A stretch of DNA of 64,000 nucleotides from Selaginella moellendorffii. Taxonomy: Eukaryota > Plantae > Lycopodiophyta. Positions 36,278 to 44,695 of the stretch are shown in pieces. Location: NCBI RefSeq assembly GCF_000143415.4, contig NW_003314348.1, positions 624,062 through 688,061 of the forward strand, given 5' to 3'. The stretch's first letter is position 1; every line of letters begins with the position of its first letter. Made by a program: the position numbers and the translations under genes. Below the pieces are notes generated by a model. The model was not told where the DNA came from, made no database searches, and saw only the letters and a program-made list of their open reading frames with translations.

Positions 36278-37979
36278 ATGGGAGAAATGGAGGGAGAGGC
36301 AACGGCGATGGAGGTGGACGACGGCGCTGTTGATGTTGATCCGCCGCGGAAGCTTACGGCGGCGCAAAAAGGCAAGGCGCCGATGACGCAGGAGCTACAG
36401 CGATCCGGGCCCTGGGTAGAGAAGTATCGCCCTGCGTCTCTCGCGGACGTTGCAGCGCACAAGGATATCATCGATACAAGTAAGATCTTAGCTGCTTTTG
36501 CAGATTATGTAGGGATTTCTCGCGATCTTGGGAAGAATGTAGTGATTCTCTCGGCATTTTTTAATTCCTCCCTCTTTCTTGCGTTCTTTGTCTTTTATTG
36601 TTTGTTATCTTCCTTTTTGTAGCTCATTTTGTCCATGCCTTTCCGAAGTTGACAGGCTCACTGCGGAGAACAAGTTGCCCCATTTGCTTCTCTACGGGCC
36701 TCCGGGGACAGGAAAAACATCCACGATTTTGGCTGTGGCACGCAAGCTCTATGGTCCGCAGTTCCAGAATATGATTTTGGAGCTCAATGCCTCGGACGAT
36801 CGAGGTATTGATGTTGTGAGACAGCAGATACAAGACTTTGCTAGCACGCAGAGTATCTCCTTTGGGTACGAGAGTTTTGTTTTTGTTTCCTAACCTTTTT
36901 GTTTTCTTTTTTTTGTTCTTTTTTCTTTTTTTTTCTTACTTACCGAATAGTAACCACAGAGAGAAAGCGAATGTTAAACTTATAATCCTGGATGAAGCAG
37001 ATGCCATGACCAAGGATGCGCAGTTTTCTCTGCGGAGAAGTACGTTGTCGTTGCTTAGATTGAATCATCCATGACGGTTTTCATTCGATAGTCATTGAGA
37101 AATACACGAAGAACACAAGGTTTTGTTTGATTTGCAACTACGTCAGCAAGATTATCCCAGCGCTGCAGTCTCGATGCACACGTTTTCGTTTTCCTCCTCT
37201 TCAAGCACAGCATGTCAGGGAGCGCCTTGAGTTCGTAATTGACCAGGAAAGGTAAGCAATGCTTTTGTTTCGAAATATCGTTTTTGACAAGTTTTTACAA
37301 GGCTGGATGTCACGGAAGATGGCCTGTCTGCCATCGTGAGACTTAGCAATGGCGACATGCGGAAGGCTTTAAATATCCTTCAGGTCAGTGATGGAAACGC
37401 TTCTTGTCGCTGCTCATACTGCTTGTTTATTCTCCGTAGTCGACGCAAATGGCCGAGCCGCATGTCACGGAAGCAGCAGTTTACTCATGCACAGGAAACC
37501 CCACGCCAAAGGAAATCGAGCAGATTGCGTCCTGGCTTCTCAACGAGTCATTCCAGTCGGCTTACAGCAGTATCCTTACTAGCACAAAACTTCTCCTTCT
37601 TTTGCTGCACAATCCATCTTAACTCTGCCCAGATATCGTGCAGCTAAAGACAAGCAAAGGACTGGCGCTGGTGGACGTTGTTAGGGAGCTGCAGCCGTAA
37701 GTAAGCTCGTACTACCTCTCTTGGCATTCAGAACCTATACTACGTTTCCAGGTTCATCTTTACCATCAGCATGCCCGGCAACATCCGCGTGCCTCTCATC
37801 AATTGCCTCGCGGACATCGAGTACGCTGCACTCTTTTCTTCTGTACATGAGCTGAAATTGTGTGTGCGTTCTGTTACAGGTACAGGCTTGCGTCTGGACC
37901 CAACGAGAAGCTCCAACTGGGAGCGCTAGTGAGTGCCTTCACTCACACACGCGTAGCCTTGGTTTCTGCCGCAAGATAA
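36278..37979 (+). CDS. RFC5: Replication factor C small subunit (human RFC5 / yeast Rfc3 type), multi-exon
   Basis: [72 protein letters not shown]. Ends [12 protein letters not shown]...AAR* at 37979. Confidence 0.96.
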
Positions 37980-39916
37980 ATCTGTGAGCGAGTTTCTGTC
38001 CCTGTCATCGACTGTTCTAACCTCAGGGTCTGGTTCCAGGTTCCAGTGGAGGTAGTGGAAGAAAACATGTTTGCAAGCAAGAGCAACGCTGTTACGTCCT
38101 TTCTTGATCCAGTGTCGAGCACGCGTTTCGCAATTGTAACTCCGTCACGCACGTCGCTGTGGCTTCCACAGGCCCCGAGCAGGGAAGTCCACTCTATTGC
38201 ATCATCTTCATACGGCATACTGCTGATGAGATCTTTAGCGTCTTCCAGATATCCAGCTCTGCTGAGCAAGTCCACCATGCAAGAGTAGTGCTGCCTCGTT
38301 GGCTCTAGGCAGTAGTCCTGGATCATAGACTGGAAGCAGCGGTTTCCAGCAGAAGCTTTGCCACCCTGGCTGCAAGCAGTGACAAGCAAGCTGAAACAAA
38401 TCTCGTCGGGAGTCTCCGTGAGATTCATCAATGCAAAGGTGGCGAACGCTTGTTTTCGGTGATTGTTTTGGCTGTAGGCGGCTAAAAGCGCGGTCCAGGC
38501 AATGGCATCACGCTCGGGCATGACGCTGAAAAGGCTTTGAGCTTTGAGTATATGCCCGTTTTGGGCATATGCTACGAGCAAGGCATCCCAGGAAATTAAG
38601 TCCCTCTCGGGCATTTGGTTAAAAATCGCTGTGGCGGTGTCCAGTTGCTTGTTTTGGGCATATGCCCCCAGCATCGAAGTCCACGTTACTATGTTATGTT
38701 CTGGCATCTCGGACGCAATGCGATTAGATTCTTCCAGATGCCCTTGAAAGGCATATGCCGCGTAGAGCGCATTCCACGTCATGAGATTCCTTTGTGACAT
38801 TGATTCAAACAAAGCTTTAGCTTCCTCGACGCAACCGTGCTGGCTGTACATCGTCAGCATGATATTCCACGTCACTAGATTCCATTGTGGCATTGTGTTC
38901 AAGAATGTGTGTTTGGCAGCTGTAAGATTCCCTTGTTGGGCATATGCTGCCAGCATGGCATTACACGTAACTACATTTTTTTGCGGAATTTTGCTAAAGA
39001 GATTCTCTGCCTGCTCCACAAGTCCCTTCCTCGCGTACATAGAAATCAGAACATTCCACGACACGGAATCTCTGTTTGGCATTGTATCAAACACTCCCCG
39101 CACTTCTGTAATATACCCTCTTTGGGCATATGCACAAAGGATAGAGTTCCATGAGACAATGTTGCGTTGCGGCATTTCATCGAAGTATCTTTTAGATTCA
39201 GAGAGATTCCCAACTTCGGAATGTGCAGTGATCATACAAGTCCAGGATATCAAATCCCTTTCGGGCATAGTCTCGAACATAAGAGTCGCTCTTCCCAAAC
39301 ACAAGTTTCCAGCATATGCCGAGAGCATGCAGTTCCACGCAACAAGATTCCTCTGTGGCATATCGTCGAAAATCTTCTTGGCCTCCTCCACAAGCCCGTC
39401 TTGCGCGAGAGCGTCGATCACAGCCGTCCATGAGAACAGATCCCTGGCTGGCATTTCGCCAAAGACCATCTTTGCCACGTCAGTATGCCCGTTTTGGGCA
39501 TATGCCGAGAGCAAGGACGTCCACACAACAATGTCCCGCAGCGGAATATTATCAAAAATCCTGCGCGCTTTTTCAAGATTCCCATCCTGAGAATATGCCA
39601 CAAGCAAACACGTCCAGGACACAAGGTTCTGCTGAGGCATAGTGTCAAATATGCGCTTGGCGTCTGCTAGATGCCCATTCCGGGCATATGCCGCGAGCAT
39701 GAGATACCACGAGAAGGGATTTCCAGCACCGACGACGCTGTCGAAAACAATCCGGGCATCTCTCATGCTGCCGCATCTAGCGTACATTTCGATCATGCGG
39801 TTGAGCACAAAGACATCGGTGCCAAACGGGCTTTGGGCGATGCGCTGGTGGATGATTCTCGCAGCGGAGACGCTGGTAGAGGAAGCAATAATCTCCAGGC
39901 ACTGCTTTCTGTCCAT
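37943..39916 (-). CDS. PLS-class PPR protein with a long array of 31-aa S/SS motifs and E domain (no DYW)
   Basis: Tandem repeats xWxxxLxAYAQxGxxxxAxxxFxxMPxRN. C-terminal HYSCMVDLLSRAG...WTSLLGAC. First ATG 39916. Confidence 0.95.
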   Translation of the reverse strand: MDRKQCLEIIASSTSVSAARIIHQRIAQSPFGTDVFVLNRMIEMYARCGSMRDARIVFDSVVGAGNPFSWYLMLAAYARNGHLADAKRIFDTMPQQNLVSWTCLLVAYSQDGNLEKARRIFDNIPLRDIVVWTSLLSAYAQNGHTDVAKMVFGEMPARDLFSWTAVIDALAQDGLVEEAKKIFDDMPQRNLVAWNCMLSAYAGNLCLGRATLMFETMPERDLISWTCMITAHSEVGNLSESKRYFDEMPQRNIVSWNSILCAYAQRGYITEVRGVFDTMPNRDSVSWNVLISMYARKGLVEQAENLFSKIPQKNVVTCNAMLAAYAQQGNLTAAKHTFLNTMPQWNLVTWNIMLTMYSQHGCVEEAKALFESMSQRNLMTWNALYAAYAFQGHLEESNRIASEMPEHNIVTWTSMLGAYAQNKQLDTATAIFNQMPERDLISWDALLVAYAQNGHILKAQSLFSVMPERDAIAWTALLAAYSQNNHRKQAFATFALMNLTETPDEICFSLLVTACSQGGKASAGNRCFQSMIQDYCLEPTRQHYSCMVDLLSRAGYLEDAKDLISSMPYEDDAIEWTSLLGACGSHSDVRDGVTIAKRVLDTGSRKDVTALLLLANMFSSTTSTGTWNQTLRLEQSMTGTETRSQIYLAAETKATRV

Positions 39917-40564
39917 GGCATCTTTTCTATTTCGTAGAATATGCCAGTCGGACTCATGGCACAAACTTTGTTACTTTTGTCAATACCAGGACCTGACACG
40001 TTTGGAAAGGCATTGTAGTCCTGTGAAGCAAGAGAAAACGAGTGTCGACAAGTATCAAATTACATGTCGATAAAGCAATGGGATAGATTGACCAGAATTT
40101 TGTTTTTTTTCCTTCAACTTAGACAAGGTTTAAGATTTTCTGGTTAGAGGTTAACAAGTGCTGAAACTGTAATGAGGTTGAGTGTTAACGTTGAAAAAGC
40201 TACTGATTCTCGCCCGACCTTTTGAAAATTCATGTGCTTACCGGTTTTTCTAGTAAGATTCTTTGAGTCTTTTAGGACGAATCTCACACAGCCTGGCCGT
40301 CACTCACACAATGGCCTTGGAGTTCAATCTAAGTGTATTTTCCTACAGTGTCTTAGGGGTGGAGCTTTTCGCTCACAAGAAGGGGTTGTTGACAAAGCCC
40401 CTTACAGCTATGGGACACCCTTGAGACACATTTAAAAAGCTATAGCACACCACCCTGTAGAGTTGAGTATACCTTTAAAATAACTTTAATCCATTGTAGT
40501 TCTGTAGCAAGACTTCATAGTCCCCTTTTTTACCGGTCGCTAATTTACCAGAAAGTTTCTTCCC

Positions 40565-40731
40565 ACGCGGGTGCAAAAACTCAAGATAATAACGATCAGT
40601 CAACAGTCAGCCAGTCCAGCTAGATTTATCGACAGCACACGCGGGCCAAACTTCCACGTGTTCCAGTCAAGGTCAGTGGCGGTCAAGTCGGGATTAAGAA
40701 GCTCTCGAATACATCAACGGCCATGTTGACC
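40565..40731. promoter_or_regulatory. W-box / CGCG-box / G-box cluster upstream of the U-box gene
   Basis: TTGACY on either strand at 40598, 40665, 40681 and 40726; ACGCGG at 40565 and 40639; CACGTG at 40655. Confidence 0.55.
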
Positions 40732-41134
40732 ATGACCACCGGCCATTGCGGACCATAGGGACGCCATCCCCGCCGTCCATGCGCCCCATCCAACGGCCGC
40801 CCCTGGTCCTTGTCTCTGTGTAACAGGGGCCCCGTGATTTGGAGTTAATTGAGCCACTGCTCTGGCAGGGAGCCGGAATGGGTCTTTGTCTTGCGCCTTA
40901 CAATGGCGTGTGGTATATGTATCATGTCTGGGTCTTCAAAGGAGAGGCCTGGAAGCTCGCAGCTTGAGCCAGGATATAAGTTTGAGTCGAGAAGGTAGAT
41001 CACTGCCAAGAAATCGGGGTCTTTTAGTGCCTGTGGATTCAAGGAGCTGAGATTTACCCCTGGAGAAGGAAAAACCAAGTTTTGATAGCGGTAGCAGTAG
41101 TAGCAGCGGTAGCAGCAGCAGCAGCAGCAGTGGT

Positions 41135-42388
41135 ATGGCCATCTCGCCGGTGCTTGATATCCAATTGCCCAGAGTTCCTACGCTGTTTCGATGCCCCATC
41201 TCGCTGGAGCTCATGAAGGACCCGGTGACGCTGAGCACCGGCTTGACTTACGACCGGAGCAGCATTGAGAAGTGGTTTGATGACGGCCACCACACCTGTC
41301 CCGGAACCATGCAGCTGGTGAAAGTCCGCGACTTGGTCCCCAATCACACGCTCCGGAGGCTCATCCAGGAGTGGTGCGTCGCCAACAAGTCGAGAGGCAT
41401 CGAGAGAATTCCCACTCCAAAGCAGCCCCTGGACGACGAGCAAGCCGGCCACCTCGTCCGCCAAATCTCCTCCGCGGAGCTCTCGGGACGCGCAAAGAGC
41501 CGGCTCCTCCGGAACCTCCGAGCGTCGTGCAAAGAGAGTGACAAGAACCGGAAGTGCATTGCCGGTGCCGGGGCGATCCCGGCGTTGAGCGGCTTGGTGT
41601 CTTCGTTCCAGCCCAGAATAAGTTTCGACAGGCCTTCGAATCTAGAGGACCTCCAGTGCTGCGAGGACGCGGTCGCAGTTCTCGTAATTCTGCTACCACT
41701 CGAGATCGAAAGTTTGAGAAAGTCCATCATCAATCCGTCGCTGCTGGCTGTTTTATCCTGGATCCTCCACCGACGTAACACCGAAGGCCAGATCAACGCT
41801 GCCCGCCTGCTCGAGCTTGTGGCGACTGACGATGAATCCAAGTCGATGATGGGAGCGACTGAGAGGTTGATACCGGGACTTGTCAAGCTTGTCAAAGAGG
41901 ACAGTGCGTATCCGCGAGCAGTCAGGGCGAGCCTGACCGCGTTGCTGGCCATCGTCTCCTGCCGAAAGAATCTCGTAAAGGCTGTCCAAGGTGGTGTGGT
42001 GCCGCCGTTGATAGAACTCCTCTCCGAGGCCAGCCGACTCAACACCGAAAGAGCTCTGGCTGTGCTCGAGTTCGTGGCCAGATGCGCAGAAGGACGGGAA
42101 GCTTTGATGGATCACAGTCTGTCAGTGCCGATGCTGGTGAAGATAATTCTCACGGTTTCGGATCTGGCGTCAGAGCGAGCAGTCGGGATCCTGTTGTTGA
42201 TGTGCCAAGCTGATGACTCTGTCGTCCAAGCAGCTGCCAGCGAAGGTGCTTTTACTCAGATGATTCTTCTCATCCAGGCCGATAACACTTCGGAGACCAA
42301 TCACCGGGCCAGACAGTTTCTTAAGTTGCTTCGCGGAGCTGTTCCTCGAGAGTGCATGCACGACTTTGCCTTCACAATGCCGTTTTGA
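41135..42388 (+). CDS. PUB: U-box/ARM E3 ubiquitin ligase (CMPG1/PUB20-29-like), single exon
   Basis: VPTLFRCPISLELMKDPVTLSTGLTYDRSSIEKW...PNHTLRRLIQEWC...IERIPTPKQP followed by ARM-like helices. Confidence 0.95.
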   Translation: MAISPVLDIQLPRVPTLFRCPISLELMKDPVTLSTGLTYDRSSIEKWFDDGHHTCPGTMQLVKVRDLVPNHTLRRLIQEWCVANKSRGIERIPTPKQPLDDEQAGHLVRQISSAELSGRAKSRLLRNLRASCKESDKNRKCIAGAGAIPALSGLVSSFQPRISFDRPSNLEDLQCCEDAVAVLVILLPLEIESLRKSIINPSLLAVLSWILHRRNTEGQINAARLLELVATDDESKSMMGATERLIPGLVKLVKEDSAYPRAVRASLTALLAIVSCRKNLVKAVQGGVVPPLIELLSEASRLNTERALAVLEFVARCAEGREALMDHSLSVPMLVKIILTVSDLASERAVGILLLMCQADDSVVQAAASEGAFTQMILLIQADNTSETNHRARQFLKLLRGAVPRECMHDFAFTMPF

Positions 42389-43152
42389 AAAGCAGCTAGC
42401 TTTTAGGATGCCCAGTGGTAGAAGAAACACGGAATCACAGAAAGTTTGGAACCCCCAAAACCTGTATAAACAAAAGGAAAACACACAAGTTTATTCTTAC
42501 TTTCACTGTGCCAAAAGAGAACCATACCATTTCTTTCAATTCCAAACGTACACCCATTAGAAGTCCTGCACAACAAGCCAACAGGACAAATCAACTCTAG
42601 ACCAATGTTAACGCTAAGAAAAAAAGAATCGAAGGCGAATTACCCGGTCAAAGGTACTTGAAGCCAAAGGAGAGGTCAATTTCATCGTTCTCTCCATGAA
42701 TCGCGAAGAAATAAGAAACAACGCTCACGCGCTCGAGATGAAGGGTCGTTGTGACATCATTGCGTTTGGGACCCATCCAAAGACCCCGTCTTGTCCGGGA
42801 TCCCTACAAGACAAAGAAATGAGACACACTTTCACGGAGCCTCACAACAAAGCTAGAATCACTTCAATGCTTGTAATCATACCTTTCCCTCGGTGTCAGC
42901 TCATCTCCGCAAGCTCCAAAATCTCGGGCTAGCGGCTGCGAACACTCCAGGCATGAAATCTTCGCTATCTCTAACCTGGAAAATGGACGCGTGACAAGAT
43001 TACCCAGCCTCCAGGCCGAAATCGATCCACGCCAGCGCCAATGCCAGCGCCAGAAATTTCCCTCGCGATGCCTAGGAACCCTAAATTCTAATAAAGTAGG
43101 GTTTGTTAAACCCGCCTTGTTTTAAATTGAATTTTCCCTCTACACGGAGGTT

Positions 43153-44431
43153 TTAAATCTCTCCATCCCATAACGCTTCAATGCTTTCGTATGGACCGCC
43201 GGGAGCGACCCATACGCGTCCGACTAGTACTCTCTCCTGCGATAGCAATCAAGGTTACGCGAAAGAAACTTGGAGAGAAGAACAATCGCGATACCTGGGG
43301 GATGCTCGAGAACTTTGCGAGATCTTCCTCTGGAATGGAGAAATCAAACACTTGCAGATTCGATCTGAGGCGCTCCGCGTTTGTGCTCTTGGGAAGAACC
43401 GAGCAGCCTCGCTGCAGCCCCCAGCGCAGAGCGACTTGAGCGGGAGTTTTCCCGAGTTTCTCCGCGAGATCTTTCACAACGGGGCTCTGGAGCACGCTCT
43501 TGCCGGATGATCCCAGTGGAGAGTAAGCCTGCATTGTGATCGTTAGTTAGGATCAAACAGAGAAGAAAAACGATGGAAAACTCTTTACCGAGAGATGGAC
43601 GCCGCTGGAGATGCAAAAGTCGCGAAGCTTGGCTTGCTGCCAAACGGGGCTACACTCGACTTGGTTCACGGCCGGGGGGATCCTAGCAACAGCGAGCAAA
43701 TCGCCCAGTTTCTTGCAGCTAAAGTTGCTCACGCCGATGGCTCTGGTTTTCTTGGCATCGACGAGCTTCTCCATGGCGGCCCAAGTTGCTGGAATGTCGA
43801 GAGGAGCAAAATCCGCGGCACTAAAGTTGAAACCTCGGACATGTTTCTTCAAATGAACTGGCCAGTGAATCTAGATCAAAAAGTTATAAGCTTTTGGAGA
43901 AAATACAAGAAAAGCATAGTTTTTACCAGGTAAAGGTCGAGGTAATCAATCTGGAGATCCGCGAGCGTTGCCTCCAAAGCCTTTGACACCTCCTCGGGAT
44001 CATGATCCGTGCACCTAGATCAATTTTTAGTTTTCTTCCGGAGATCACGCTCTACGTACCAAAGTTTGGAGGTGATCCAGAGATCTTCCCGTTTTAGATC
44101 ACCGGATTTGAAGGCCTCCTGGAGTGCATCTCCGATCTATAGAAAACAGGAGAATTGATGGAGCGATTCCTGGAAAAAAAGTGAAAGTTCCTCACCTCCT
44201 TTTGGTTGCCATAAGCGCTTGCGCAGTCCAAGTGACGGTATCCAGCCTAGAGAAAAGAGAAAGAAGTCTAGAATGGACATGGACACACAAAGAGGAGAGA
44301 AATCATTCCTGGAGCGCAGCCTTGACAGCCTCTCCAACGAGGCCTTTCTCCGCCTGCCAAGTTCCAAGGCCGAGGCCGGGCATGAGAGCGCCACTGCTGA
44401 GCTTGAATTGGAGCGCGCCCTCGGATCCCAT
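43153..44431 (-). CDS. Aldo-keto reductase (AKR4C-like), multi-exon; first intron has a non-canonical GA donor
   Basis: [23 protein letters not shown]|C, DLYL|[32 protein letters not shown]. Ends LWDGEI* at 43153. Confidence 0.93.
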
Positions 44432-44520
44432 CAGCGAAAATTCTTGCCGGCTTTTAGCCTAATAGCATTATATGCTTGAGAATATTGCTTAAAACGTTAA
44501 TCTTTAAAACAGTTTAGGGT

Positions 44521-44593
44521 TGACGGCTGTGGGATTTGAACCCACGCCCTTTGGGATTGGAGCCTAAATCCAACGCCACTCGGCCAAACCGTC
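44521..44593 (-). tRNA. tRNA-Leu(TAG)-derived gene with a 7-nt D-loop deletion (variant tRNA or pseudogene)
   Basis: GACGGTTTGGCCGAGTGGCGTTGGATT-TAG-GCTCCAATCCCAAAGGGCGTGGGTTCAAATCCCACAGCCGTCA. Acceptor, anticodon, variable and T arms pair; the TCTAAGG of the usual plant tRNA-Leu D region is missing. Confidence 0.85.
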
Positions 44594-44695
44594 GTTATCT
44601 CCCATTTACAATAATAGAATGTTAATCATGACTAATCTTAACCGTCAGTATCTCTTTAATCCCCTTGAGCACTAGGGTTTAAGTTCCTCTCTAGA

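Noticed and set aside
40272-40472. Telomerase RNA or snR30/U17 identity for the structured region
   Set aside because: No CTAAACCCT-type template or USE/TATA promoter seen; the m1/m2-like words match poorly and their spacing to ACA is wrong.
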